Below are positions 25,862-35,739 of a DNA stretch of 64,000 bases, one piece after another. Below the pieces are notes generated by a model. The model did no database searches, was not told the DNA's origin, and saw nothing but the letters and a program-made list of their open reading frames with translations. Each line of letters begins with the position of its first letter. Within the stretch, counting starts at the first letter, position 1. This DNA is from an uncultured Gammaproteobacteria bacterium (GTDB lineage Bacteria; Pseudomonadota; Gammaproteobacteria; Steroidobacterales; Steroidobacteraceae), in NCBI GenBank assembly GCA_963747145.1, contig CAVVDZ010000006.1:311756-375755 (forward strand). The letters are read 5' to 3'. The translations under genes were made by a program, and so were the position numbers.

Positions 25862-25954
25862 CCCCGCGGGCTGGCGACGGCAAGTGCCCCGCCCGATGCC
25901 GGCAACCGGGCCTTTCTACGCCCCCTTTGTTACCGAATTGTGGCACAGGGAGGC

Positions 25955-25983
25955 TTGCTGCGCGGTGAGCGCGCCCGTATAAA
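25955..25983 (+). promoter_or_regulatory. Candidate sigma-70 promoter of dapE
   Basis: TTGCTG (25955..25960), a 17-nt spacer, then TATAAA (25978..25983), about 45 nt upstream of the dapE ATG. Confidence 0.45.
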
Positions 25984-26027
25984 GGGCCGCGCCCGATCGG
26001 GCCCCATGCCCTGGAGTCGCTGAGCCG

Positions 26028-27164
26028 ATGTCTCCCACCCTCGACCTGACCCGCCAGCTACTGGCTCGCGCATCGGTGAGCCCGGTCGACGGGGGGTGCC
26101 AGGATCTCCTGATCGCGCGACTCGAGCCACTGGGCTTCCAGGTCGAGCGGCTGCGCTTCGGAGACGTGGACAATTTCTGGGCACTTCGCGAGTCGGATCC
26201 CGGGCCCCTGCTCTGCTTCGCCGGCCACACCGATGTCGTGCCGACCGGTCCGCTGGAGCAATGGCATTCCGATCCCTTCGAGCCGGTGATCCGCGATGGC
26301 AGCCTTTTTGGGCGCGGCGCCGCGGACATGAAGAGCGGGCTCGCGGCGATGGTGACCGCGGCCGAGGAATTCATCGCGGCGCAGCCGCGGTTCAAGGGCG
26401 CAATCGCCTTCCTGATCACGAGCGACGAGGAAGGCCCCTCCGTGAACGGAACGCGCCGCGTCGTCGAGCTGCTGGCGAGCCGCGGCCAGCGGATCGATTT
26501 CTGCGTCATCGGTGAGCCCTCGAGCCAGAGGGCCTTCGGCGACACGATCCGCATCGGCCGGCGCGGCTCGCTGTCCGGGCGGCTGACTGTGCACGGCGTC
26601 CAGGGCCATGTCGCCTATCCGGAGCTGGCAGACAACCCGATCCACCGCGTGGCGCCGGCCATTGCGGAGCTGGCTGCGCGGACCTGGGACCAGGGCAGCG
26701 AGCATTTCCCGCCGACGACCTTCCAGGTCAGCAACCTGAATGCCGGCACCGGCGCACCGAACGTGATTCCGGGCGAACTGAAGGCGCGATTCAACCTGCG
26801 CTGGTCACCGGCACAGACGCAGGACGGACTGAAGCAGGCCGTTGCGGAAATCCTCGACCGCCACCAGCTGCGCTACACGCTCGACTGGTTCGTCTCAGGC
26901 CTTCCGTACTACAGCCCGCCGCGCAGGCTTGCAGGAATCGCACAAGCCGCCTTGCAGGAGGTTGCCGGGCGCACTGCGGAGATGTCGACCGGCGGCGGCA
27001 CTTCGGATGGGCGGTTCTTCGAGCCGCTCGGCGCCGAGATCGTCGAGCTCGGGGTCTGCAACCGGACGATCCACATGGTGAACGAATGCTGCAGGGTCGA
27101 GGACATCGACCTGCTGCATCGTACCTACATGGCAGTCCTCAGGCGGCTGTTCGCCGCAGGTTGA
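26028..27164 (+). CDS. dapE: Succinyl-diaminopimelate desuccinylase
   Basis: 378 aa starting [28 protein letters not shown], with FAGHTDVVP and [10 protein letters not shown]20-family metal ligand motifs. Confidence 0.92.
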   Translation: MSPTLDLTRQLLARASVSPVDGGCQDLLIARLEPLGFQVERLRFGDVDNFWALRESDPGPLLCFAGHTDVVPTGPLEQWHSDPFEPVIRDGSLFGRGAADMKSGLAAMVTAAEEFIAAQPRFKGAIAFLITSDEEGPSVNGTRRVVELLASRGQRIDFCVIGEPSSQRAFGDTIRIGRRGSLSGRLTVHGVQGHVAYPELADNPIHRVAPAIAELAARTWDQGSEHFPPTTFQVSNLNAGTGAPNVIPGELKARFNLRWSPAQTQDGLKQAVAEILDRHQLRYTLDWFVSGLPYYSPPRRLAGIAQAALQEVAGRTAEMSTGGGTSDGRFFEPLGAEIVELGVCNRTIHMVNECCRVEDIDLLHRTYMAVLRRLFAAG

Positions 27165-27636
27165 TCCAGATTCCGCCGGCCGTCGCGGCCAGCGCGAAGA
27201 CGAATACCCAGGCCGGCATCGAAAGCCCGAGGATCGTGAAGTCCACCGTCGCGCATTCGCCGCCGGCCCTGAAGACCTTCATGATCACTTCCGTCACCGG
27301 AAACAGCTCGAGCATGAAATTCAGGTCGGCGCCGCAGGACGGCACCGAGCCCGGCGGCTGCATCTGCAGCCAGACGTGCCGCCCCGCGGTGAGCAGGGTC
27401 GCGAGGCCGGTCAGGCCGATCAGCGCTGCATTGATCGAACCGCTCAGCCTGCCAGTTGAAGTGACGGCCGCCGCCAGGAATGCGATGCCCATCGCCGCGA
27501 CGGTCACGCGCTGGAAGATGCACAGGTGGCAGGGCTGGAAGTCCAGCACGTACTGCGTGTAGAAGGCGGCGGCGAGTGCCAGTGCGCAGGCGACGAAACC
27601 GAGGGTATTGGCTGTCCGCCGCGCCGGAATCCTCAA
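27139..27636 (-). CDS. dsbB: Disulfide bond formation protein B
   Basis: 165 aa with four TM segments, a PCHLCIFQR first Cys pair and a second Cys pair (SCGADL...GGECATV). The TTG start overlaps the phoU stop (GGTTGAGG). Confidence 0.8.
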   Translation of the reverse strand: MRIPARRTANTLGFVACALALAAAFYTQYVLDFQPCHLCIFQRVTVAAMGIAFLAAAVTSTGRLSGSINAALIGLTGLATLLTAGRHVWLQMQPPGSVPSCGADLNFMLELFPVTEVIMKVFRAGGECATVDFTILGLSMPAWVFVFALAATAGGIWINLRRTAA

Positions 27637-28409
27637 CCCTGGCGCTCCAGCGCGGAATCGCGGATCTGGCGCTCGGCGTCATCCAGCGACAGGTGCCGGA
27701 TGTCCTTGCCGTGCACCATGTAGACCGTGTACTCGCAGATGTTCTTGGCGTGATCGCCGATGCGCTCCATGGCACGGACCACCCACATGACCTCGAGCGC
27801 GCGCCGGATGGATCGCGGGTCTTCCATCATGAAGGTGATGCTCTGGCGCTGGATAGCCTCGTATTCCTCGTCCACCTTGCGGTCGCGGCGCGCCACTTCA
27901 AAGGCCTCATCCGCATCGAGGCGCGCGAAGGAGTGCAGCGAATCGTGCACCATCTCGGTGACCAGCTTGCCAAGGTGCCGGATCTCGCGATAGTGGTCCG
28001 CGGGTTTCTCCATCGAGGCGAGCTTCGCGGCGATGAATCCGACCTTTTCGACCTCATCGCCGATCCGCTCGAGGTCGGTAATCGTCTTGATGATCGCGAC
28101 CATGACGCGCAGGTCCGAGGCGGTCGGCTGCCGGGTCGCGATGATTCGGCCGCACTCCTCGTCGATCTCGACTTCCATCTGGTTGACTTTGTAGTCGTCG
28201 CGAGCGATCTGCTCGCCGAGCTCGCTGTCGCCCTCGACCAGCGCGATGACCGCCTGCTGCAATTGCTGCTCGACGAAGCCGCCCATCTGCATGACGCGCG
28301 TGCGGACGCGCTCCATGTCCTCGTTGAAGCGCCGCGATATGTGCTGGCCCAGGTCCGCCGGTTCCATGCCCCGCACTCCCAGTCGGAGATGCTGATTCTG
28401 GTCCATCAT
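27633..28409 (-). CDS. phoU: Phosphate signalling complex protein PhoU
   Basis: HISRRFNEDMERVRTRVMQMGGFVEQQL, with two PhoU repeats (DDYKVNQMEVEIDEE and RKVDEEYEAI). The start could alternatively be the ATG at 28367, which is preceded by GGGAG. Confidence 0.9.
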   Translation of the reverse strand: MMDQNQHLRLGVRGMEPADLGQHISRRFNEDMERVRTRVMQMGGFVEQQLQQAVIALVEGDSELGEQIARDDYKVNQMEVEIDEECGRIIATRQPTASDLRVMVAIIKTITDLERIGDEVEKVGFIAAKLASMEKPADHYREIRHLGKLVTEMVHDSLHSFARLDADEAFEVARRDRKVDEEYEAIQRQSITFMMEDPRSIRRALEVMWVVRAMERIGDHAKNICEYTVYMVHGKDIRHLSLDDAERQIRDSALERQG

Positions 28410-28427
28410 ATCGCAGCGCCCCCGCGA

Positions 28428-29753
28428 TCAGAACTTGTAATTGAGGTCGAGCTGCAGCCGCTTGTAGTCCGCTTCGGTCGCCGTGCCGTAGTTCCGGTCA
28501 TTGAGGAAATACGTCGCTTTGACGTTCATGTTCTTCACCGGCGCCCACGAACCCTGCAGGACGTAGCCCCTGCCCTGAGTCAAGCCATCGGCGAAATCCG
28601 AGTCCAGGAGCGCGGCGAACTGCGCGTCGCGTTCCATGTCTTCGTACATCGCGCCGAACTCCCAGGTGCCGGGATCGGAGGCCTTGCCGAGCAGGAAGCC
28701 AAGGGTATAGCCGCTGTTCAGCGAGCTCGGGTCCATGTTCTCAAGGTAAGCGCCGAACAACTGGAGTGCCCTGCCGCCGACCATGCCCGTCCACTGCACA
28801 TCCGCCTCGGCGATGTTGTAGTCGAAGGCGTAGCAGCGCGTCGCGCCCGTCGGGCTCGGGACGCTGCAGTCGGCATTGGCGGTATAGGTGCTGTTACCAG
28901 CCGGCGACCCGTTGTAATTCAGAATCGGCTTGTCCTGGATCGAGCCGTAGTCCCAATAGCCCGCTGCTACTGTCAGGCCGCCACCAAAACCATAGCCGAA
29001 CTGTGCGCCAACAACACTGGAATCAGCGGCCGCCGACCTTTCCGCCAGCCAGTAACCCCAGGCCTTCGCGAATGGCCCGGTCTTGCCTCCGTACTGCAAC
29101 GCGACCCCTTCCGGATTGATGTCGCCGTCGATGAATAAACTGGTGCCGGGTTTGAACCACGGCTGCTTCTGCTTGCCCACCGTGATCAGCAGGTTGTCGC
29201 GCAGCTTCCAGTCCACATAGGCGAGGTCGAGGCCGATCGACTTGCGCTGATTGGCGTCGGTCAACGTCGAGTTTGTCGAACGCGGATCGTTGGCGTCGCC
29301 GCTCGCAATCTGGAAGCCCGCCAGCAGCGTGCTGCTGATCTTCGCTTCCATCCCGAGTCGCGCGCGGATCCGCTGGCGATCGCGATTCGAAGAAACACCT
29401 TCGATGTCGAACAGCTCCTGCCGGTAGCGGATATCGCCCTTCCACTTGATGTTGCGTGCCCAATCGGACGACATCCCCTGCGCCAGCTGGTCCGACTGCT
29501 TGTCGTTCGATTCCTCGATGGCGGCGACCCTCGTTTCCAGAGCCGCGACCGCCGGCGCAGCCGGCGCCTGGGCTTGCGTGCTGGCGCTCGCTTTTTCGAG
29601 TTGCTCGATGCGCGCGAGCAGCATCGGCACCATGGCCACCTGCCGCTTCAGTTCCTCAATCTCGGCGCGATCCTGGTCGTTGGTCGCGGCATTCGCCAGG
29701 CCAGGCAGAGCCAGGACGAGTCCAAGCGCGCTCGCAGTGATGATGTTTCGCAT
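28428..29753 (-). CDS. Putative outer-membrane porin with an N-terminal coiled coil (Pho-cluster associated)
   Basis: Signal peptide MRNIITASALGLVLALPGLANA, then a heptad-like region (EIEELKRQVAMVPMLLARIEQLEK). The rest alternates amphipathic strands rich in G/Y/W and ends LQLDLNYKF (C-terminal Phe). The start is set at the second ATG. The family assignment (putative porin / DUF3373-like) is from memory. Confidence 0.65.
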   Translation of the reverse strand: MRNIITASALGLVLALPGLANAATNDQDRAEIEELKRQVAMVPMLLARIEQLEKASASTQAQAPAAPAVAALETRVAAIEESNDKQSDQLAQGMSSDWARNIKWKGDIRYRQELFDIEGVSSNRDRQRIRARLGMEAKISSTLLAGFQIASGDANDPRSTNSTLTDANQRKSIGLDLAYVDWKLRDNLLITVGKQKQPWFKPGTSLFIDGDINPEGVALQYGGKTGPFAKAWGYWLAERSAAADSSVVGAQFGYGFGGGLTVAAGYWDYGSIQDKPILNYNGSPAGNSTYTANADCSVPSPTGATRCYAFDYNIAEADVQWTGMVGGRALQLFGAYLENMDPSSLNSGYTLGFLLGKASDPGTWEFGAMYEDMERDAQFAALLDSDFADGLTQGRGYVLQGSWAPVKNMNVKATYFLNDRNYGTATEADYKRLQLDLNYKF

Positions 29754-29796
29754 GGGTTTATTTCCAGTATTTCTTGTCATGGGACTGTAGGTGATC

Positions 29797-30851
29797 TCAA
29801 ACGCCCTTCAGCGTATTCAGCTCCGCAGCATCCTTGCGGGCCTTGTCCCGGTCGGGCTTCGGCGAAGGGATGAGGCCCTTGTCTGCCAGGTAACCCTCGT
29901 CACCGAACGCTTTTTCGCTGGTGTACTCGACGAGGAACTCCTTCATGCCCGGGATCACGCCGACATGCGCCTTCTTGCCGTAGACATAGAGGGCGCGTGA
30001 AATCGGGTACTTGCCCGACGCAATCGTGTCGAAGTCGGGTGCGACGCCCTCGACGATCGAGCCGTGCAATGAATTGAGATTTTCCTCGAGAAAGCTGTAG
30101 CCGAAGATGCCGATTGCATTCGGATTCGCGCCCAGCTTCTGGACGATCAGATTGTCGTTCTCGCCCGCCTCGATGTAGGCGCCGTCCTCGCGGATGGTCG
30201 TGCAGACGCGCTTGTAGCGCTTCTCGTCAATGTCCTTGAGCGACTTGAGCCACCCGTAGGTCTGGCAGCCTGCCTCCAGGACCTGCTCAGAAAACGAATC
30301 GCGCGTTCCGGAAGTCGGCGGCGGGCCGAGCACCTCGATGCGCACGGCCGGCAGCGAGGAGTTCACTTCCTTCCAGGTCTTGTAGGGATTCGCGATCAGC
30401 GTGGTCGGCGCCGCCGGGTCCGGAATCTGCTTGGCGAGCGCCAGGTAGATATCCTTCTTGCTCAGCCGGTACTGCGGCGAAGCCTTTGCATTGGCGAGCG
30501 CAATACCGTCGAAACCGACCTTGATTTCGACCACGTCGTTGACGCCGTTCTTTTTGCAGTCGGCAAGCTCGGACGCCTTGATCCGGCGCGACGCATTCGT
30601 GAAGTCGGGGTGCTGCACGCCGACCCCGGCGCAAAACAGCTTCATGCCACCGCCGGTGCCCGTGCTTTCGACCTTGGGTGTCTTGAACTGGCCGGCGCGG
30701 CCGAATTGCTCTGCGACAGTCGAAGTGAACGGAAACACCGTCGAAGAACCGACGATGCTGATGTAATCGCGCGCTGACTGCGCAAATGCCGCCGGAGCGG
30801 CCAATGTCGCAGCAATCGCTGCGATGAAAAATTTCCTGTACACGATTTGCC
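29797..30851 (-). CDS. pstS: Phosphate ABC transporter substrate-binding protein (PstS family)
   Basis: The GTG at 30851 is preceded by GGAGGcaaatc. Signal peptide YRKFFIAAIAATLAAPAAFA. Contains ISIVGSSTVFPF and ESTGTGGGMKLF PBP motifs. Confidence 0.85.
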
Positions 30852-30871
30852 TCCAGTACTGGCCTCGAGTC

Positions 30872-30897
30872 CCGGCACGGCGGCACAAGGCCGCCTG
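30872..30897 (-). terminator. Stem-loop between phoR and pstS
   Basis: On the minus strand, GGCAGGCGGC cttgt GCCGCCGTGCC forms a 10-bp stem with one bulge. There is no U-tract, so its function is uncertain (attenuator or stabiliser). Confidence 0.35.
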
Positions 30898-30944
30898 CCT
30901 TTGTATCGGCCGGTACTGTAGTCGGCGTTTGTTACAGAAATGCG

Positions 30945-32255
30945 TCAGCCGCGGGCGCGGCCGGGAACGCTGGCGGCGAGCTGAAGCCGCCGTGGCGGGA
31001 AATGCGCAATGAATGTCGAACCGCGGCCCTCGTCACTCGTGATCTCGAGCCGCCCGCCGTGCCGCTGCAGGCCGTGCTTGACGATCGACAGGCCGAGTCC
31101 CGACCCACCGTTGGCGCGCGCCCTGGCCTTGTCGACCCTGTAGAAGCGCTCAGTCAGCCGGGGCAGGTGCTCGGCAGCGATCCCGATTCCGGTGTCGATG
31201 ACCGAAAGATGCGCGCCCGCATCGTCGCAGGCCCAGCGCACGGTGATCGTGCCATCCGCGGGCGTGTACTTGACCGCATTCGAGATCAGGTTCGACGCAA
31301 TCGAGTGCAATTCGCGTTCACTGCCCAGCAGGCCCATTTGCGACCGGATGTCCAGCTCGAACCGCGGCGGCGCCGTAGCCGACGCCCGCGCGTCGCGGAC
31401 GACCCGCTCGATCATCTCCGGCACGTCTACCGGCAACATCGGCGCCTCGTCCGTGCTCGACTCCATGCGTGAAAGCTCCAGCAGGTCATTCACGATTTCA
31501 CGCATGCGCTCCGCCTGCAGGCGCATATCGGCGATCGGCTCGCGCCACTCCGCGCCGAGGTTGTTTTCCTCGCCCAGCTGGTCAAGATAGCCAGCGATGA
31601 CCGTCAGCGGCGAGCGCAATTCGTGCGAGGCGTTGGCGACGAAGTCCTTGCGCATCTGTTCGAGTCGCGCCTCGCGCGTGACGTCGCGCACCAGCATCAG
31701 CAATTGCCCGCCTGCCGGTATCACGATCAACAGCAGTGACCTTTCGCCGCCTTGCAGTCGTACGACGATGCCCGTGCCTCCGCCGGACCCCAGCAGATAA
31801 GCCGAGAATTCCGGCTGCCGGATCAGGTTTTCGATCGGCATGCCGCGATCGGCGGAGCGCCGCAGGCCCAGCAGCTGCGCAGCCGTGCGATTGAACCAGA
31901 GGATCTCGCGGCCCGGCGACAACAATACGACGCCATCGGGCAGTGCCGCCGTCAGGCGCCGGAATTCGCGGAAAAGCTGGGTCACGCGGTGCTTGTGGAA
32001 CTGCTTGCGCCGGTAGATGCGCCCGATCAACGCCACGACATCGCCCCAGACACCGCCGAAATCGGGTGGGTCCTCGTGCGACCGGTAGCGCAGCCAGCGC
32101 TGCAGCCGGAACAGGTTGACGAGCTGCCAGGTCAGCATGCCGCCGAGAACGATCGTCAGCCACAGGCCGATCTGCCCGAATATCAGGCCCATGCCCACGG
32201 CAATGGCAATGGCGGCGAGAAGCCTGCCGAGCGCGAATGACCAGGCCTGGGACAC
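30945..32255 (-). CDS. phoR: Phosphate regulon sensor histidine kinase
   Basis: 436 aa with two N-terminal TM segments, a PAS-like region, the H-box FVANASHELRSPLTVI, and an HATPase domain (GGSGLGLSIVKH). It sits directly downstream of phoB. Confidence 0.9.
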   Translation of the reverse strand: MSQAWSFALGRLLAAIAIAVGMGLIFGQIGLWLTIVLGGMLTWQLVNLFRLQRWLRYRSHEDPPDFGGVWGDVVALIGRIYRRKQFHKHRVTQLFREFRRLTAALPDGVVLLSPGREILWFNRTAAQLLGLRRSADRGMPIENLIRQPEFSAYLLGSGGGTGIVVRLQGGERSLLLIVIPAGGQLLMLVRDVTREARLEQMRKDFVANASHELRSPLTVIAGYLDQLGEENNLGAEWREPIADMRLQAERMREIVNDLLELSRMESSTDEAPMLPVDVPEMIERVVRDARASATAPPRFELDIRSQMGLLGSERELHSIASNLISNAVKYTPADGTITVRWACDDAGAHLSVIDTGIGIAAEHLPRLTERFYRVDKARARANGGSGLGLSIVKHGLQRHGGRLEITSDEGRGSTFIAHFPPRRLQLAASVPGRARG

Positions 32256-32258
32256 GAT

Positions 32259-32981
32259 TCAGCCTTCCTGCATCGAGAAGCGGTAGCCAGCCCCGCGAAC
32301 GGTCTGCACGAAGCGGTCGTAACTGCTGGGCTCGAGCGCCTTGCGCAGCCGCCGGACATGCACGTCCACGGTGCGCTCCTCCACGTAGACATTGCCGCCC
32401 CAGACCCGGTCGAGCAGCTGGCTGCGGGCGTAAACGCGATCGGGGTGTGTCATCAGGAACTTGAGCAGTCGATACTCCGTCGGTCCGAGATTCACGGCAT
32501 GCCCGTCGGCGATCACCCGGTGGCCAGCCTGGTCCAGCACGAGGCCCGCGAATTCGACCCTTTCGTCGCTGCTTGAAGGTGTCATGCGCCGCAGCAGCGC
32601 CTGGATGCGGGCGACCAGCTCGCGTGCCGAGAAGGGCTTTGTCATGTAGTCGTCGGCGCCACCCTCGAGACCGGTGACCTTGTCCGACTCGTCAGCCCGC
32701 GCGGTGAGCATGATGATCGGGATGTCGCGTGTATTCGGATCCTTCCGAAGCTGGCGGGTCAACTCCAGGCCGCTCGTGTCCGGCAGCATCCAGTCCACGA
32801 GCAGAAGATCGGGCCGGCGATCGACGATGCTCGCCCGGGCCGCCCGGCTGTCCTCCGCGAGCGCCACCTGAAATCCAGCCCGACGCAGGCCGAAGGCGAT
32901 CAGGTCGCGAATGGGCTGCTCGTCCTCGACCACCAGGATCAAGGTTTCCTCCTTGCGCAGCCGGGCAGTCTGCCGAGTCAT
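32259..32981 (-). CDS. phoB: Phosphate regulon response regulator
   Basis: Receiver domain (ILVVEDEQPIRDL, LLLVDWMLPDTSG) plus an OmpR/PhoB winged helix (RTVDVHVRRLRKAL, VQTVRGAGYRF). Confidence 0.92.
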   Translation of the reverse strand: MTRQTARLRKEETLILVVEDEQPIRDLIAFGLRRAGFQVALAEDSRAARASIVDRRPDLLLVDWMLPDTSGLELTRQLRKDPNTRDIPIIMLTARADESDKVTGLEGGADDYMTKPFSARELVARIQALLRRMTPSSSDERVEFAGLVLDQAGHRVIADGHAVNLGPTEYRLLKFLMTHPDRVYARSQLLDRVWGGNVYVEERTVDVHVRRLRKALEPSSYDRFVQTVRGAGYRFSMQEG

Positions 32982-33008
32982 TGTTTGGGAATTATGACAC
33001 TTGCGGTC

Positions 33009-33680
33009 TCAGCGACGATGCACGACCTCATTTCGCAGGTACACCGGCAGCGCCTGCGCGGCAGGCCTGCCGCCCCCCGCCGCGAAGTCGGCGGCTGCGA
33101 TGCGCGCGATGTCGCTCGCGCACGGCAGCAATTCCGGTGCCATGCCGATGAGCCGTGAATCGAGGCGCCTCGCAATAGCCGGATAGGCTGCGAAGCCATG
33201 ACCGGCGCCGAACCAGGGCTCGCCGTCCGGTGGCAAGACGTTCTCTGGATTCGCGACCGCCTCCGGTGTCAGCGCGAATGGCTGGGCTGCGCTGCAATCG
33301 AAGGCGGCCCAGTAGACCTGCCCCATGCGGGCATCCATGCAGACAAGCTGGCGATGCTTGCCGGACTGGCGTGCGCCCGCGGCCGCAACGGCCGCGAGAT
33401 CGCTGACCGGAAGTACCGGGAGGCGCGCGCCTGCCGCAAGCCCCTGAGTGATCCCGGCGGCAATGCGAAGCCCGGTGAAGCCACCGGGACCGCGGCCGAA
33501 GGCGATCGCATCGAGCGTGGCAAGTCCGATCCCCGCCTCCGCCAGCAGTTCATCCACCATCGGCAGCAGGCGTTCGGCGTGGCCGCGGCCGAGCAGTTCG
33601 TAGCGCTCGATCAGGCCGTGTTCGAGGAGCAGCGCTGCCGAACAGGCTTCGGTCGCGGAATCCACCGCCAGCAATTTCAT
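33009..33680 (-). CDS. tsaB: tRNA t6A biosynthesis protein TsaB (YeaZ)
   Basis: 223 aa starting MKLLAVDSATEACSAALL, with AIAFGRGPGGFTGLRIAAGITQGLA. Confidence 0.88.
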   Translation of the reverse strand: MKLLAVDSATEACSAALLLEHGLIERYELLGRGHAERLLPMVDELLAEAGIGLATLDAIAFGRGPGGFTGLRIAAGITQGLAAGARLPVLPVSDLAAVAAAGARQSGKHRQLVCMDARMGQVYWAAFDCSAAQPFALTPEAVANPENVLPPDGEPWFGAGHGFAAYPAIARRLDSRLIGMAPELLPCASDIARIAAADFAAGGGRPAAQALPVYLRNEVVHRR

Positions 33681-35650
33681 GCCTGGCGCGCCTCAGGCAC
33701 GCCGAGCCCGGCCGCAGCCAACCTGCGCCGCAGGAATGCCTCGGCTTCGGCGCGATCGGCCGCGATCCTGGCAGGCGGGAGCGCCGCGATGAATTTCGGA
33801 CCGTAGCCGCGGCTGCGAAGGCGCGGATCGCAGATGACCACGACGCCAAAGTCCTCGCGATCGCGGATCAGGCGTCCGAATCCCTGCTTCAATGCGAGCA
33901 CTGCCTGCGGCAGCTGGAATTCGTGAAACGGGTTGCCGCCGCGGCGCCGGATGCCTTCGAGCCGGGCCTTCAGCAGCGGATCTTCCGGCGCAGCGAATGG
34001 CAACTTGTCGATCACGACGAGCGCGAGCGCGTGACCGCGCACGTCCACGCCCTCCCAGAAGCTCGCAGTGCCGAGCAGCACGGCATTGCCGAGTTCGCGG
34101 AATCGCGCGAGCAGCGTTTCGCGCGGCGCCTCGCCCTGGACCAGCAGCGGATAGCCATTGCGGAACATCGGCAGGGCCTCGAGCCGGCGCGCGGCCTCGC
34201 GCAGCGCGCGATGACTCGTGAACAGCAGGAAACTCCTCCCGCCGGCCGCCTCGACCAGCGGCAGGGCTTCATCGAGCACGCGGCCCGTGTAGCCGGGACT
34301 CGCCGGATCCGGCATGCCGGCCGGCAGGTGCAGCAGGACCTGTCGTTCGAAATCGAAGGGACTGTCGATGCGCACGGATGCCGCACCGGTGGCGCCGATT
34401 CGCCCCAGGAAGTGTGAAAAATCATCGCCGACGGCAAGCGTCGCTGAAGTGAATATCCATGCGCCGCCTTGCGCGCGCATCAGCTCGCCGAGGCGCGTCG
34501 CAACCTCGAATGGCGTGAACGCGAGCGTGAATCCGCGCGGGCCCGCCTCAACCCAGCGCAGCCCGCTCTCCACTTCGACGTCCAGAAGCTGTCGCAACGT
34601 GTCACCGAGCTTGACCGCGCGTCGCTTGCACTGGCGCAGGCCCGGGTCGTCGCTTTCGGTCTCCGCCAGTTCTTCCGCGATGCGAGCCAGGCATTCGCCC
34701 GCGGATTCGAGGGCCGCGCAGAACTCGTCGGGCAGCGCCTCCCATTCGATGCGCTCGCCGCGGCCGCCGATCGCGGCCTGGGCCTGCGCCATCGCGGTTT
34801 CGAGGCTCGTGAGCCGCTCGCGTGCCGCCGACTGGGCAAGTCCGGCTCGCGCGAGCTCCGCGAGCGTGTCGCGCGCAAAGGCCGTGCACTGCCGGCCCGC
34901 CAGCGACAGGCCGAAGAATTGTGCCGCGATTTCCGGTACCTGGTGCGCCTCGTCGAGCACGACTGCCTCCGTGCCCGGCAGCAGCTCGCCGAAACCCTCG
35001 TCCTTCAACGCCAGGTCCGCCAGCAGCAGGTGATGATTGACGACGACGATGTCGGCGGCCTGCGCCTCGCGCCGCGCGAGCACGACGTGGCAACGCGAAT
35101 ACTCCGGGCACTCGACACCGAGGCAGTTCTCGCGCGTCGATGTCACGGCGCTCCAGGCCGGGTCCGAATCCCGCAGGCTCTTGACCTCGGCCAGGTCGCC
35201 GCTCGTCGTGCTGCGCGACCACTTGCGGATCCGCGCAACCATCTTGCGTTCCGGGAATTCCATGCCCGGCAGCGTCTGCATCTGGTCCGCGAGGTTGAGC
35301 CGGTGCCGGCACAGGTAGTTGGCGCGGCCCTTCAGCAACGCGACCCGCACCGGCCTGCCCATCGCCTTCGACACCGTCGGCAGGTCGCGGTGAAATAGCT
35401 GGTCCTGCAGCGTGCGGGTCCCGGTCGAGATGATGACCTGGCGTCCGGACAGCAGCGCCGGGACGAGATAGGCATAGGTCTTGCCGGTTCCCGTGCCCGC
35501 TTCGATCGCAAGCATGCCCCGGCTCTCCAGCGTCTCGCCCACCCAGTCGGCCATCAATTGCTGTTCGCGGCGCGATTCGAATCCCTCGATCACGCGCGCG
35601 AGCGGCCCTTCCGGCCCGAGCAAACTGGAATAGGTTCTGGAACCAGCCAT
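33677..35650 (-). CDS. yoaA: ATP-dependent DinG/YoaA-family Fe-S DNA helicase
   Basis: 657 aa with Walker A (EAGTGTGKTYAYLVPAL), a Cys cluster (CLGVECPEYSRCHV...), a DEAH box (VVLDEAHQV) and the C-terminal helicase motif (GFGRLIR). Confidence 0.85.
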   Translation of the reverse strand: MAGSRTYSSLLGPEGPLARVIEGFESRREQQLMADWVGETLESRGMLAIEAGTGTGKTYAYLVPALLSGRQVIISTGTRTLQDQLFHRDLPTVSKAMGRPVRVALLKGRANYLCRHRLNLADQMQTLPGMEFPERKMVARIRKWSRSTTSGDLAEVKSLRDSDPAWSAVTSTRENCLGVECPEYSRCHVVLARREAQAADIVVVNHHLLLADLALKDEGFGELLPGTEAVVLDEAHQVPEIAAQFFGLSLAGRQCTAFARDTLAELARAGLAQSAARERLTSLETAMAQAQAAIGGRGERIEWEALPDEFCAALESAGECLARIAEELAETESDDPGLRQCKRRAVKLGDTLRQLLDVEVESGLRWVEAGPRGFTLAFTPFEVATRLGELMRAQGGAWIFTSATLAVGDDFSHFLGRIGATGAASVRIDSPFDFERQVLLHLPAGMPDPASPGYTGRVLDEALPLVEAAGGRSFLLFTSHRALREAARRLEALPMFRNGYPLLVQGEAPRETLLARFRELGNAVLLGTASFWEGVDVRGHALALVVIDKLPFAAPEDPLLKARLEGIRRRGGNPFHEFQLPQAVLALKQGFGRLIRDREDFGVVVICDPRLRSRGYGPKFIAALPPARIAADRAEAEAFLRRRLAAAGLGVPEARQA

Positions 35651-35708
35651 CCGGGCAGTCTCAGGGCATTTCCAATCGAGATCAACGCGTTTCGACTGCG
35701 GCCTTGCT

Positions 35709-35714
35709 TATAAT
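35709..35714 (+). promoter_or_regulatory. Candidate -10 box (TATAAT) upstream of PEPCK
   Basis: A perfect TATAAT lies 26 nt upstream of GAGGAAGGcATG. I found no convincing -35 element at 16-18 nt spacing. Confidence 0.3.
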
Positions 35715-35739
35715 CCGGGCTCCCGTGAGCGAGGAAGGC

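Noticed and set aside
25933-25952. A sigma-54-like TGGCAC...TTGC element (TGGCACAGGGAGGCTTGCTG) upstream of dapE.
   Set aside because: The GG-to-GC spacing is about 15 nt instead of the required 12. The TTGCTG fits better as the -35 of a sigma-70 promoter with TATAAA 17 nt downstream. A similar TGGCAC at about 45625 (minus strand) also has the wrong spacing.
30900-30944. Pho boxes upstream of pstS (CTGTAACAAACGCCGACT), pstC (GGTAACAAAGGGGG, about 25925-25945) and phoB (GTGTCATAATTCCC, 32985..33000).
   Set aside because: Only single half-sites resemble CTGTCAT. No second repeat occurs at the 11-bp phase. The shared GTAACAAA is too short to support a call without a PWM scan.
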